From Eledone cirrhosa (Eukaryota), in contig OZ024744.1 in the NCBI GenBank assembly GCA_964016885.1, positions 31,930,001-31,993,923 on the forward strand: DNA of 63,923 nt. The letters run 5' to 3'. Below the pieces are notes generated by a model. The model searched no databases, was not told where the DNA came from, and worked only from the letters and a program-made list of their open reading frames with translations. Every line of letters begins with the position of its first letter. The first letter of the stretch is position 1. Positions 12,365-25,773 of this stretch are shown piece by piece. The translations under genes were made by a program, and so were the position numbers.

Positions 12365-14205
12365 ATGGCTGAAGCATCTTCACCATCAATCAAAGAAGGA
12401 AAGGGGAAGTCATACTCACAGCTTCCCCCTGCCACTGTCACAGCAGCAGATGCCAAAAGCAGAGGTCAGAGAGAGGAAGAATTGTCTTCACCTGTTGACC
12501 GACCACTAGATGTAGCCACAACTACACAAGAAATTGAAAACAACAACAACAACAACGACAACAACAGCAACAATAAAGACAACAAAAACAACAACAACAC
12601 AAACGTCACAAGTATCCACACACCAAACGAGAACGACAACAACAACAACAAAGATGAAAACAACTCAAACGACGAGAAACAAAACAATACAAACACCAAC
12701 AACGAAAACAAAATATCTTTTGCACAAACGACTAAATTATCAGTCGCTTATGTGCTGGAAGATATTTCAAAAGCCAAAGAAATGCTGGAAAAAGCCAAAA
12801 AATATGTATCTTTTGGCGAAAACGGTTCGTTTTCTATACATTCACCTCCAGAACTAAAAAAACAGACGGAATTACGAACTGTCGTATTCCGGACAATTTT
12901 AAATAAAACAAAAAAACCAGCACAACCATCTCAAGCTGAAATTCAGTTAGTACTGAAAGAAGCGATTAGAGACATCACTTTTATACAAAAGGATAAACTC
13001 TATGGGAGTTTATCCATATTGATGAAAGACGAATTGGCGGCGAAAAAATACTCTGTGTCGCCAATTCGTTCCACACACTACACCTTCTTCCCCACCTACA
13101 TGGGTAAAAAACCCCAGAGGATATGGATAACCACCATCACCCCAAACATAAACTAGTGGTGGTTACTAACCAGTTTCCTCAATTTAGACGAGGACAACCT
13201 CATTTCAATAGGGAAGGCATCCGGCGACGCGTTCAGTGGAACGCGCATCGAAGTTCTGACCCAAATAAGGCCAGAACGCATCGCCCAAATCCCTGAGCGC
13301 GTCATGCTGGATGACCGTACCCACCTCAACATTATTGTGGAGGGTAGGCCTCCCTCCTGTTACCTCTGTGGCAATAGAGGTCACCTGAGGGCTGCCTGTC
13401 CCCAGCTCACACAGAAAAAAACACTGCTACCAACACCAACACCACCCCAACTACAACAACAAAAACAACCACAACAACAACAACAACAACAAAAAACAAC
13501 AACCACACCACCACCACCACCACAACAACAACAACAAACACGTGAAAAAATAACACAGAATACTGTCCCACCCAATCCCTCCCCACCCAAAACAAATACA
13601 AAAACACACACACCGCAAACACTACCAGAAAACATACCCCTCCCACCCAACAAGGAAGACGAACCCCTTTCGTCGCAAGACGAAAAAGATCCCTTCCAAC
13701 AAGTAAAAAGAAAGAAGAGGAGACGCACCACAAACACACATGTTAACTTTAACCCCCCACCCAAGAGAACACAAACTACACACAAACCACCCCTCTCTGT
13801 CACACAACACTAACTGCTACACAAAAAAAAGACCTTACAATACACATACATGAACACAGACAACAAAGAATTACGGAAAACAATTTCAGCAAACCCTTCG
13901 GTCCAAACTGAAGGGCCAAACTTTATAACTGCTGTGGGACTACCTCATTTAAAAATGATAAAAGTCCCAATGAACTTGTACAAAACACTGAAAATAAATT
14001 TCACGGAGGACGTGGGCCCCCCCCCTGCGCCAAACCAATCAACCGCGTCCTCCTAAAAAATTCACCCCCCACCCCACCCAGACACCCACTCAACCACAAA
14101 CACACCGATGCCCCTTCACTTCCACAAACCACCACCCCACCCAACAACCCATCCCCAACCAGCATGGAAATTGAGCGGCCCGTTTCCCGGGACGCAGAAA
14201 GGTAA
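12365..14205 (+). pseudogene. Tx1 ORF1 (gag-like, zinc knuckle), interrupted by stops
   Basis: CYLCGNRGHLRAAC knuckle after IIVEGRPP; Asn/Gln/Pro low-complexity tracts; stops at ~13154, 13811, 14054. Confidence 0.75.
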
Positions 14206-14229
14206 GTGCCTTTTCTCCATACCACCAAC

Positions 14230-17200
14230 ATGGCTGTGCTAAGAGTAGGGTGTCTAAATGCGCGTGGCCTGGGTTCGTCTTGGAAGCAAGAAATGCTTCT
14301 AAATGACCTCAGGTCACAATCTATAAATGTGATGGTTATCTGCGAGGCCCGGATCAGCAGCATGCGACAGCTAGCCCCCACCATTGACGACTTTGAGATG
14401 CACGCATCTCTCTGACAGCTTGGAGGTGGGGTGGGGTTGTCGTTCTGCTGCAAAAACATATGGGCCTTGCAACACAGATAGTTCACTTGGACCCAGGGTG
14501 TCGACTGGTGGTGCTGGACCTTGGCAGTGGTGAAGGTGGAGCCTTTAGGCTGTAGCCGCATATGCCCCTTTTGGGACAGAGCGGCCCGACTTTTTCCAGC
14601 GTCTGGAGTCTTTTCTAGGGACGTCCCGTTCCCTGCTTTTAGTGGGGGATTGGAATGGTATCCTGGATGCACGTTGGGACTATGCAGGGGCATGTCCCGA
14701 CAGAGAGGGGTGCAACTGCCTCAAGGGGTTACTCGGCCGATTTGACCTGGCCGATAGATTTCGACTAGATTTTCCGACGGTGCCAACCTGGTCTTGGTCA
14801 AATCGCAGCGGATCATCTAGGTCGTACCTAGATAGATTTTTAGTTAGAAATAAGGACAGGGACTTTTTAAGTTGTCCAGAAATGCTCATGGTTGGCTATT
14901 CAGACCACAAGTTGGTGACCTGCATGGTCAACCTTGATAGAACGCATAGACAGGGCCCCGGTTACTGGAAGCTCAACTTGTCCTTGCCGGCAAGTAGAGC
15001 CTACAGGGATCGGATTAGTACGTTAGTTAAGGAACGATTGACTGGAGCGATCGTCAACAGCAGGTGGTGGGTATCTCTAAAGAGAGAGATTAGAGTAGTC
15101 TCGATAGAATTTAGTAAGGTTCTAGCTGCGGATAGGAATAGGAAGGAAAGGGAGCTAATAGATAGAGTAGAAGAGGCAATTAGAAGCGGCGACGTGGCCA
15201 GAGTGCTAGCGTCGAGAACGGCTTTGAGACAGTTTTTCGACGCGAAGCACGAAGGCTGCGTTGTCCGAAGTAAAATACGTGCTCTAGGGAACGAGGGGAC
15301 CAAAGCTGTTAGCTGGGCCCGCGTGACAGAGGCCAACGGTGGAACTAAATCCACTATCCGGTCTTTGCGAGACGTGGATGGACTGGCGATTCTTGAGCCT
15401 AGGCAGATGTGTGAGGCCTTTCAAAGGCACTTTGCCCGACTGTTCGGGAGGGGCGGGGAGCCGGTTGGGAACGTGGACTTCGGTCCATACCTCGACGGCC
15501 TGCCGCGTCTCTCGGACAGGGAGGCGAAGTCATGCGAGGAGCCGATTTCGGCCGCTGAGATAGAGATCGTGCTGGGCCAATGCGGCAAACGCAAATCCCC
15601 GGGTCTCGATGGTCTTCCTTACGAATTATATCTAGCTATGCCGGACTTGTTCCCCGATCTCCTCGAGGCGGTCTACTGCAACTGGCAACAGAACGGGAGA
15701 ATTCCCTGTACTGTGACCAAGGGCGTAGTCACGCTAGTGAGGAAGGACGAGAACAAGGGGGACGAAATAAGTAACTTCAGGCCCATAACTCTGCTAAATA
15801 CAGAGTTACAGATTTTGGCCAAGGTGCTAGCAAAGAGGTTGGCGCTTGTCGTGGGCAACCTGGTGGGAGATGCGCAGACATGCGCTATCCCGTCCAGGTC
15901 CATCCATGATAACCTCCACCTCATGCGATACATCATAGAGAGGGTTGGGAACGAACCCGGCTTTGGTGGGGCTCTGATCAACTTGGATCAATCTAAGGCG
16001 TTCGATAGGGTCGACCATGGTTACCTGGATGCGGTGCTAGCGGCGGCAGGCTTCTGACCCGTTTTCAGGGGCTGGATCACTGCTATGCACAGCAGCCACA
16101 TCTGCTCTAGGGTCAAGGTGAACGGCTACCTCTCGGAGCCGTTCAAAATCGCGCGGTCCATCCGACAAGGGTGCCCTCTCTCCTCCCTTCTGTATGTGTT
16201 GACTCTCGAGCCACTACTGCGGAAGTTGGAGTTGTTGCAGGGCATCCCTTTGGAACCGGGATTGCGAAAAGCGGTGTCGGCCAACGCCGATGACGTGACA
16301 GTAATGGTGTCGACGGCCTCCGAAATCGAGGCGGTCGGCACCTTACTGGAGGAGTACGAAAGGTTCACAGGGGCTAAGCTGAACCGGGACAAGTCGATCG
16401 GTTTGCAACTCGGCACGTGGAGGGGCAGACCGATGCCCTCCGATGGCGTCGTCGGACGCTGGACGGAGGGCCCGGTGAAGTTGCTCGGGGTCTGGTTCGG
16501 ACCGGACCTCCAGGTGGAGAAAAACTGGGCGGAGGTTACGAACAGGGTGTTTGCACTGACCCAAAAGTGGGCCAGTTGCAAACTATCGCTGAAAGGTTGA
16601 GCGGAGGTGGGGTGGCGAACACCTATATAGCGTCCGTCATCTACTACCGCCTGACCGTAGTGCCCTGCCCAAGGGAAACCCTCACCAAGATGGAGCGCGC
16701 ACTCTTCCAATTCCTTTGGAAGAGGCGGGCTCCTATGGTGAGGAGATCCATCTGCTGTCAACACCCTTCGAAAGGAGGGCTGGGGATGCCGTGGCTAATG
16801 ATGCGTAAACACGCATTAAGGCTACGGCACCTCTACGTATTCCTCACCGGTCAACCGGTGTGGGCCTCGTTTGTGAGACGAACCTTTCCCAGACTCGTCT
16901 CACTCACCGAGCTGCAATCCTGGGTCAAGCAAAGACCGAGAAAACTGGGCGCTTGGCACACTGAGTGTGCCCAGGCGCTCACCGCCCTCTGGCAGGCGGA
17001 TCCGGTTATCAGTGGAGACTCCACCGCAACATTCTATAGAGGGCTGGTACGCAGCCCTCGGAGAAGCCCTAGACATGGAGGAGGACGAACTGGCCAGCCT
17101 GTTCGGTAGGACATTCGGCCCAGGACCTATGGACAACTTCCAGAAGTCCCTGGCCTGGCAGTGCTACCGAGGGGCTCTACCCGTTCGAGAAAAGCTCTAC

Positions 17201-17400
17201 AGACACGGGCGCCCGGGTAGGGACCCCGCCAAAAAGATCTGTCCTAGATGCGTGTGCGACGAGGAAACCGTTGCACACGCATTGGTACACTGCTCGGGCG
17301 TAGCCGATCTGTGGGGCTATGTCGAACAACTGCTGTCAAGGGTGGGACCGATCCGGTTGACCACCGAGTCTATTGTAATGATTAACCACCTCCCCCCTTC
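14230..17400 (+). pseudogene. Tx1 ORF2: APE endonuclease, reverse transcriptase, C-terminal CCHC; frameshifted
   Basis: CLNARGL, GDWN, YLDRFL, SDH, KSPGLDGL, NFRPITLLN, LDQSKAFDRVDH, RQGCPLS, NADD, GGLGMP, CPRC..ETVAHALVHC. Confidence 0.92.
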
Positions 17401-17404
17401 AAAG

Positions 17405-19170
17405 ATGAACAACACATCAGAGACGGTGGATTAATTAGAAATGTACCAACACATGAGAGACAGTGGATTAATAAGAAATTTAACCAACACATCAGAGACG
17501 GTGGATTAATTAGAAATGTACCAACACATGAGAGACAGTGGATTAATTAGAAATTTACCAACACATGATGGACGGTGGATTAATTAGAAATTTACCAACA
17601 CCTGAGAGACGGTGGATTGATTAGAAATTTACCAACACATGAGAGACAGACGGTGGATTAATTAGAAATTTACCAACACCTGAGAGACGGTGGATTAATT
17701 AGAAATGTACCAACACATGAGAGACGGTGGATTAATTAGAAATTTACCAACACATGAGAGACAGACGATGGATTAATTAGAAATTTAACCAACACATGAG
17801 AGACGGTGGATTAATTAGAAATTTAACCAACACCTGAGAGACGGTGGATTAATTAGAAAGTTACCAACACATGAGAGACAGACGGTGGATTAATTAGAAA
17901 TTTAACCAACACCTGAGAGACGGTGGATTAATTAGAAATGTACCAACACATGAGAGACGGTGGATTGATTAGAAATTTAACCAACACCTGATGGACGGCG
18001 GATTAATTAGAAATTTAACCAATACATGATGGAGGGCGGATTAATTAGAAACTTAACCAACACCTGAGAGACGGCGGATTAATTAGAAATTTAACCAGAT
18101 ACCAACACCTGATGGAGGGCGGATTAATTAGAAATTTAATCAGGTAGCAACACCTGATGGAGGGCGGATTAATTAGAAATTTAACCAAGTACCAACACCT
18201 GATGGAGGGCGGATTAATTAGAAATTTAAGCAGGTAGCAACACCTGATGGAGGGCGGATTAATTAGAAATTTAAGCAGGTAGCAACACCTGATGGAGGGC
18301 GGATTAATTAGAAATTTAACCAGATCCCAACACCTGATGGGGGGCGGATTAATTATAAATTTAACCAGGTAGCAACACCTGATGGAGGGCGGATTAATTA
18401 TAAATTTAAGCAGGTAGCAACACCTGATGGAGGGCGGATTAATTAGAAATTTAAGCAGGTAGCAACACCTGATGGAGGGCGGATTAATTAGAAATTTAAC
18501 CAAGTACCAACACCTGATGGAGGGCGGATTAATTAGAAATTTAACCAAGTACCAACACCTGATGGAGGGCGGATTAATTAGAAATTTAACCAAGTACCAA
18601 CACCTGATGGAGGGCGGATTAATTAGAAATTTAACCAAGTACCAACACCTGATGGAGGGCGGATTAATTAGAAATTTAACCAAGTACCAACACCTGATGG
18701 AGGGCGGATTAATTAGAAATTTAACCAAGTACCAACACCTGATGGAGGGCGGATTAATTAGAAATTTAACCAAGTACCAACACCTGATGGAGGGCGGATT
18801 AATTAGAAATTTAACCAAGTACCAACACCTGATGGAGGGCGGATTAATTAGAAATTTAAGCAGGTAGCAACACCTGATGGAGGGCCGATTAATTAGAAAT
18901 TTAACCAGATACCAACACCTGATGGAGGGCGGATTAATTAGAAATTTAAGCAGGTAGCAACACCTGATGGAAGACGGATTAATTAGAAATTTAACCAGAT
19001 ACCAACACCTGATGGAAGGCGGATTAATTAGAAATTTAAGCAGGTAGCAACACCTGATCGAGGGCGGATTAATTAGAAATTTAACCAGGTAGCAACACCT
19101 GATGGAGGGCGGATTAATTAGAAATTTAACCAGGTAGCAACACCTGATGGAGGGCGGATTAATTAGAAAT
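17405..19170. repeat. Minisatellite: 37-42-bp units grading into 45-bp units
   Basis: Unit accaacacctgatggagggcggattaattagaaatttaaccaagt; about 8 identical units near 18480-18840. Confidence 0.95.
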
Positions 19171-19363
19171 TCACTATGATTTGTTATTCATTTAAAATAT
19201 TTTTGTTTGTTGTTAGTTTCTTTTTTTTTCTGTTTTCTTTTTATATATTAACATTCAGAGTTTTGCTGACACAGGACGAGCCTACATGGACGTAAACATA
19301 TATATGGGGGGTCACCTTTTTGAAAGGGTACGTCAATATCTATTTGTAAACTGTTATATATTG

Positions 19364-19428
19364 TATTTTGTCTGATGAAGGCATACCATGATTTAACTTG
19401 GTATCCTTGAAATATATATAATGAAATA
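19364..19428 (+). ncRNA. Type I hammerhead ribozyme, family E pLTR (~19300-19558)
   Basis: tattttgt CTGATGA agg.atacca..tggtat.cct t GAAA tatata TA atgaaata. Confidence 0.8.
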
Positions 19429-19555
19429 GATATGGTTTTATAAATATAGTTTCCATTTATTAATATTGTATATCTACTCCAAATATTTGTCGAGTGTTTT
19501 ATATCAGTTATAATAATATTTGCTTGTTGTATCCCAACAATTTAAATATAACTTT

Positions 19556-19596
<41 letters not shown>

Positions 19597-19598
<2 letters not shown>

Positions 19599-19959
19599 CC
19601 GTTCATCGTTTTCGGTGCGCCCGGCAGATTAACTCACTCGATATGCAAATTAGGCTGCTCAGCCGTTAATATGCATAAGGAAAGTATATACTTTCAGACG
19701 TTCAATCATCTGACAGAAAGGTATACGATGCTGACGATAGCTAATAAGCTTGAAACTAGTACATCGTTCCTGTGTCAGTGTTGAACAAAAAGGGCGATGA
19801 TGGTTGCCGAGCACTGTACAGCATAATTCGGGCTGTTCGTTTACAAACAAACCGAACATTATAATAAATTTTCGGTAAACCCATACGTACATGTATATAT
19901 GTGTGCATGTATACATACTACTGTGCGTCTGTACACATATATGTATGTACATATACATA

Positions 19960-19962
<3 letters not shown>
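19597..19962 (+). mobile_element. Family B element with HHR at 19725-19767
   Basis: acgatg CTGACGA t agc taataa gct t GAAA ctag TA catcgt; (TA)n on both sides. Confidence 0.85.
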
Positions 19963-20011
<49 letters not shown>

Positions 20012-20015
20012 TATA

Positions 20016-20075
<60 letters not shown>

Positions 20076-20080
20076 TGATA

Positions 20081-20671
20081 TCTGTATATATATATAAAGC
20101 TGAAGTTTTCTGTATGTGTGTGTGTGTGGACAATTTTTAATGAGGGCTCTTATATTCTAAACGATTCATGCAATTTCTTTGACATTTTTTACAGAGCTTC
20201 TCCTTGCACAAAACCTGTACATGATTTACAAGGGCTTTCAAAAATCGATATTGGGGCCTTTGGAGACATTAAAAAAGATTCGGTTATTTGTGTCAATTTT
20301 CGTCATTAAGTAAGACAAGAGTTATCTTTCGTCAATACAATAGGAACTCATTTTTATGTTGTCAAACATTTTGTTTTGGGATTTCGATTATCACAATTCG
20401 GCTCGTTCGGATTTTACTTTACTCTTTGTACTTGAAACAAAATGTTTTACTGTTCTCAAAAAAATGTATACCTAGACTGGATTTCTGTTGTTACATGGGA
20501 TAACGGATGACACCGAGCTCACATATTAATTATTTCGCTGGAATTGTGCCTAAGGTTTTCATGTTTACATAAATTACGTTTTTCACCTATGTATTCAAAT
20601 TTACTTTGTTTAGTTTAATGAGCCACATCGAAAGGTACTTGAACCGTCCAAAGGACGAGTACTTTAGCTAG
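20081..20671 (+). mobile_element. Non-autonomous Helitron (second family)
   Basis: 5' TC..tatataaagctg; 3' hairpin cgtcc-aaa-ggacg then CTAG followed by T. Confidence 0.7.
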
Positions 20672-20690
20672 TATATATATATATATATAC

Positions 20691-20792
<102 letters not shown>

Positions 20793-20814
20793 GTTGTCTG
20801 AGATGTATAGCCTT

Positions 20815-20896
20815 ACACACGCTGAAGAATCGGGGTTATTCCATTTCTGTCAACAACTTTCTGGCGAAACAGATCTCTTTGGATTTGTACGTGTGT
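20815..20896 (+). ncRNA. Type I hammerhead ribozyme with long stem II and full stem III
   Basis: acacacg CTGAAGA [37 nt] GAAA cagatc tctttg gatttg TA cgtgtgt. Confidence 0.75.
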
Positions 20897-21065
20897 TATA
20901 TAGTTATAGAGGTATTTATTTACGCTTTAATTTATATTTTTAATTATCGTGTCTATAGTCTGCCTTTCATAGGATATAGATTCCATACACTGGTGGTTTT
21001 TCCCTGTTTTATTGATAGCGCACTGTATCTCTCCCCAGTGTCTTACCTTTTCAAGATATTGTATT

Positions 21066-21128
<63 letters not shown>

Positions 21129-21129
21129 G

Positions 21130-21605
21130 AAAGAAATAGGATTTCGCTTCAAGCATAGCTTTATACAATATATATAAATATTTTGTATCTCCAAAGAAAT
21201 ACAGTTTTAGGAAGCCGTAGCTATGCAAACCGCAAGGGGCTTACGCCCTCTGGTGATGTCCAGCAGAAGCAAGGGGGACAACCGTCTATGCATTTCAGGC
21301 TTAACTGGCCTTCGTCAGGACGGTCCCGCCCACCGCTTGTGACTGCTGGACTAGAAGACAGGCGAGAATATATACTTGGGGCGTTAGCCCCCCGGTGTTT
21401 GAATAGCTACGGTTTCCTAAAACCATATTTCTTTGGAGATACGAAATATTTATACATATTGTATAAAGCTATGCTTGAAGCGAAATCCTATTTCTTTTTT
21501 ATTATAAGTTGAGCCAACTTATGCAGCTTCATATGCAAATGAGATTAATCACCTCATTCACACAGACGAGAAAAGTATATATTCTCGCCCGTCTTCTAGT
21601 CTAGC
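21130..21605. mobile_element. Family A element, inverted pair; HHR at 21281-21324 (-)
   Basis: Homologous to 3441-3953; HHR identical to 3592-3635. Confidence 0.85.
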
Positions 21606-21667
21606 AATCTAAAGACATTTTTTCCAATTCCATCCCGCCCGTCCCTTTAATCTATCTAATTTCTCAT

Positions 21668-21703
21668 TCTTCTCATGAAGGACTAGCTTCCGAAACGGTA
21701 AGA
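21668..21703 (+). ncRNA. Degenerate hammerhead relic (G5C core)
   Basis: CTCATGA a gga ctagct tcc GAAA cgg TA; AATAAA about 45 nt downstream. Confidence 0.4.
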
Positions 21704-21778
21704 CTCTCTTCCTGCTATATCAAGCGTTAACCTAAAATATCCTTTCAATAAACTGTACTGATTGTGTAGTTATTTCTG

Positions 21779-22054
<276 letters not shown>

Positions 22055-22099
22055 TTGATAGTCTGCTGATGATAACAAATCAAAGATGTTATCGATACA

Positions 22100-22360
22100 T
22101 GGTTAGTGATTAGAACTTTCGTCTCACGATCACAAACTCAAGAGTTCTATACCTGTTGGTCCAATCCAGACGGATGGAAAAACTTATATATGTGTATCTA
22201 AAATTCAAAGAGCTATCCGTGTCACATACTGTGTCACGCTGAATCTCCCTGAGAACTACGTCAAAGGTACACGTGAAATATTTAACTTTATTTCATTATC
22301 AGACTGTTGCGTTGATTGAATTGCATGGAACACTCATCATCGGAACCGACGGAGGTCCAT
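22100..22360 (+). mobile_element. Probable degenerate SINE
   Basis: Pol III-like head (ggttagtg..gagttct) and a body (tgtgtcacgctgaatctccctgagaactacg) resembling, from memory, a common octopus repeat. Confidence 0.45.
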
Positions 22361-22442
22361 TAAATACTCATGAATTTAACGGGCTGGTGGCTAAGCATTC
22401 CACAAACGCCTGTACTCATAATGTAATTCTCAAGAATTATAT

Positions 22443-22615
22443 TATGACGACTATGATGATGATGACGATGACGATGTTGATGATGATGATGATGATGGTG
22501 ATGGTGGTGGTGGTGGTGATGGTGATGATGATGATGATGCTGATGATGATGCTGATGATACTGATGATGATAATAATGATGATGATGATGATAATGATGA
22601 TGATGATGATGATGT
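22443..22615. repeat. (GAT)n/(GGT)n trinucleotide repeat
   Basis: Direct reading. Confidence 0.95.
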
Positions 22616-22674
22616 TTATTCAGTGTGACAGTCTGTGTCAAAGCTGGCTCTTTTGAAATACAGGCACAGTCCAT

Positions 22675-22835
22675 CCAACGGGCTTCTAAACAGTTTCTGA
22701 CTACATGATTTCGCTTACAAACTCTGGGTGTACCCGGGGATATGGTAAATTACACTTGCCCAAGATACCACAGAGTGGGTTCGAACCCGGGACCTAATGA
22801 TTGTGGAGCGAACTTCTTGAATAATCGGCTAGGTT
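22675..22835 (-). mobile_element. tRNA-derived SINE (second family)
   Basis: rc contains B box gggttcgaaccc and core cttgggcaagtgt...gaagcccg. Confidence 0.65.
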
Positions 22836-23022
22836 GCGTTCTCACATACATCAATACATACTTATACACATACGTACATGCACACATACATGTATACATA
22901 CATATACACATACATATATAAATACAAGCATACACACATATATACATACATGCACACATACCTATATACATATAGAATATAAGTCTGTTTGTGTGCCCGT
23001 ATGTGTATTAAATAAGATAGTG

Positions 23023-23069
<47 letters not shown>

Positions 23070-23373
23070 TGTGTGTATGTGTGCGTGTAACTCTTTAAAG
23101 TTTACAGTCCTGTTGCAACCATAGAAGCCCGCCCCACCTCCCAGTCACAAGGTCCTGGGTTCTAACGTAATAATAGTCACTATAAATTGTTATTTCTCCA
23201 AAGTTATTCTATAATTTAATTTTGTGAGTCATTTGTTCTTAATCAAAAAATCTTTTTTTATATATTTAATCACTTTGACGTGCCAATATTCAACATAAAC
23301 TATATGGTTTCTCTTATGTAAATCATTAATTTATCAAAACACAAAAGTCCTGTTCACATAAGCAGTAACCCTG

Positions 23374-23408
<35 letters not shown>

Positions 23409-23494
23409 GGAAAAATTTGAACAGGGACAAAACAGAGAGGCAGTACAACAAATGTTTATTAATTTCACGCTCTGGAGAGTGGGGTGTTGGTGGG

Positions 23495-23529
<35 letters not shown>

Positions 23530-23537
<8 letters not shown>

Positions 23538-24120
23538 AAAAATGAAGCGAAATTTCATTTCTCACTCTTAGTACGGCTGTTACTTAAATATAAGTATGTA
23601 TACGTACATACATATATGTATACAGACGTACAGTAGTATGTATATATGTATATATATATATACATACATGAACACATATATATATATATGTACGTATGTA
23701 TTCACCGAACATTTATTATAATGCTCGGTGTGTTTTTAAACAAACATCCCGAATTAAGCCGTAGTGTCTAGCAACCATCGTTGCTCATTTGTTCAACACT
23801 GACAAAGGAACGCTGTACTAGTTTCAAGCTTATTAGCTATCGTCAGCAACGTATACCTTCCTGCCAGATGACTGAACGTCTGAAAGTATATACATTCCTT
23901 ATGCATATCAACGGCTGAGCAGCCTAATTTGAATATCGAACGAGTTAATCGGCCGGGCGTACCGAATACGATAAACGGAAAAAAATGAAACGAAATTTCA
24001 TTTCCCACTCTTAGTACGGCTGTTACTTAAATATAAGTATGTACCCCTACATACAGAGTGAGAAATAAAATCTCGTTTCATTTTTTCCGTTTATCGTTTT
24101 CGGTACCCCGGCCGATGAAC
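23530..24120 (-). mobile_element. Family B element (HHR 23810-23852), ~1.2 units plus inverted end
   Basis: ctcttagtacggctgttacttaaatataag repeated at ~23565 and ~24008; inverted piece 24055-24120. Confidence 0.85.
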
Positions 24121-24512
24121 ATTGAGGATCTATATCTGCATTTGTGAAGCTATATTGCACAGAACCGACATCGCCCAAGGGTTGAGAATTTTACTTTTCT
24201 CTCTACCTAAACACCGCCACTGCATCTATTAACTAAAGGTGTGCACTCTGAACGGCTGATTGCAACTGCATTACTGCAATTCGACAGATTCATTGAGTGA
24301 GCTAGACACTGGCCGGAGACCGTTGAATTAATACCAGCGATTTTCCTTAATTCTGTTATACATATATATATATATTAGAAAGTGAGCTTTTTTTTACAAA
24401 ATGAAAAATAACCGAGGTGTCCTACACGAGTGAAAGTATAAAGAAAAAAAGATGAAATCGAAAATGCAACTGGAGTCTTATTTAAAAAAAATATATATAT
24501 ATTTATTTGTTT

Positions 24513-24550
24513 CCTTTACCGGTTTCGCAGTTCTTCTGCTTTTCAAAAGT
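24513..24550 (-). ncRNA. Hammerhead ribozyme with U3:A8 core (pLTR ~24376-24585)
   Basis: rc: ctt TTGAAAA gcag aagaa ctgc GAAA ccgg TA aag; second copy at 50613-50650. Confidence 0.75.
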
Positions 24551-24590
24551 AGAGTTGAGATGGGGGGTTTGTGGTTTTTCATCTTATTTT

Positions 24591-24639
<49 letters not shown>

Positions 24640-24642
<3 letters not shown>

Positions 24643-24949
24643 TTGTCCCCCGGTATTCGTTGGAGTTACGTTCCTAGAGCACCCACGAAGCGTAAAAAGC
24701 CGCGAATATTGGACGTAATCGATACAAATGCGTATAGATACCAAAACATAACGGAAAATATAGTATATTGTTATTAATAATTTAGCGTGAAAAAGTGTGA
24801 AAAATATACATTGCCATGAAAAAAGCCATAAAACATCGCGGAAGATATTTACGATTGCGAATATGCGGTGATTTCCACGAACAATTATTAGTTAGGTTCT
24901 AAGGAACATTCCGCGAACAACCGGGACCGCAAATGCCGAGGGTACACTA
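24640..24949. mobile_element. Tigger/pogo-like MITE
   Basis: Imperfect TIRs cagttgtcccccggtattcg / gcaaatgccgagggtacact in a TA context. Confidence 0.65.
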
Positions 24950-25035
24950 TATATATATTATTGAGTAAAATGACAGGAGGCCAGAATGGTAAAAATCTTT
25001 CAATGATTTATTATATCAAACACTATGTACATTCC

Positions 25036-25077
25036 AGTGACCAAGTTCCGTAAGATCCTGGTGACATCATCAGGTGT
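25036..25077 (-). ncRNA. Degenerate hammerhead relic
   Basis: rc CTGATGA tgt...ac GGAA cttgg TC; GAAA mutated, stem I poor. Confidence 0.35.
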
Positions 25078-25204
25078 TTATTGCATAAAAGGTATATAAT
25101 AAAGGAATAATGGTAAACACATTCGAAGAGGCTATAAAAAAAAACAGAGATAAATGTTTTTCACTCGAAGGTGATGAAGTTGTCTGTTTGGCTGACTGCT
25201 TTCG

Positions 25205-25239
<35 letters not shown>

Positions 25240-25370
25240 TATATATATATATATATATACGACATACAAAGCCTGAACTAAAAAATTAAATACATTCAAC
25301 GCTATTGTCGCCCTTATTAATGACACTAGTCCACTGGTATATGTAAAGATGGACCACAATATCTAATATG

Positions 25371-25773
25371 TACTCTCTGGTCTCGGATATTCATCTCCCC
25401 TTATTAATTTTTCAGATTTTTCCCATCAACCCTCGCTCTTATTCCAATCTCCCTGTTTATTAAGTTTAGCTAATCTATCTCCGGTGATATTTTATTTTAA
25501 GTAGTAGCATTCCTGCAACAATTCATTTTCTTTAGACATTAAAAAAAAAAACATTTTACATGGCAAAAAAAAAAGTACATTACTAGAAATCCCATACGTT
25601 ATAAAATAAATAGGATGGGTTGGGGTCTCAATATGTAAACTAAACGACTAATTCTGGTTTTTAAAGAAATCAACGGAGACAACCAAGGAAAATTATTGAT
25701 TTTCGAACTCCTCGCTTGTTCCAACTCCCCACTTATACCCCCTGTCTTGTCTATTATTTTGGACTCGCGAGTA
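25371..25773. mobile_element. Possible MITE
   Basis: Weak TIRs tactctctggtc / gactcgcgagta. Confidence 0.35.

Larger units (their letters stand above)
12150..17400 (+). mobile_element. Tx1/L1-clade non-LTR retrotransposon, decayed, 3' end lost
   Basis: ORF1 with CCHC knuckle followed by ORF2 APE-RT-CCHC. Confidence 0.9.

Noticed and set aside
17405-19170. CRISPR-like regular array; 257-aa repeat ORF; CTGATGG..GAAA as an HHR
   Set aside because: The units are contiguous with no unique spacers and there are no cas genes. The ORF follows from a 45-bp period. No stem II or stem I pairing can be formed.
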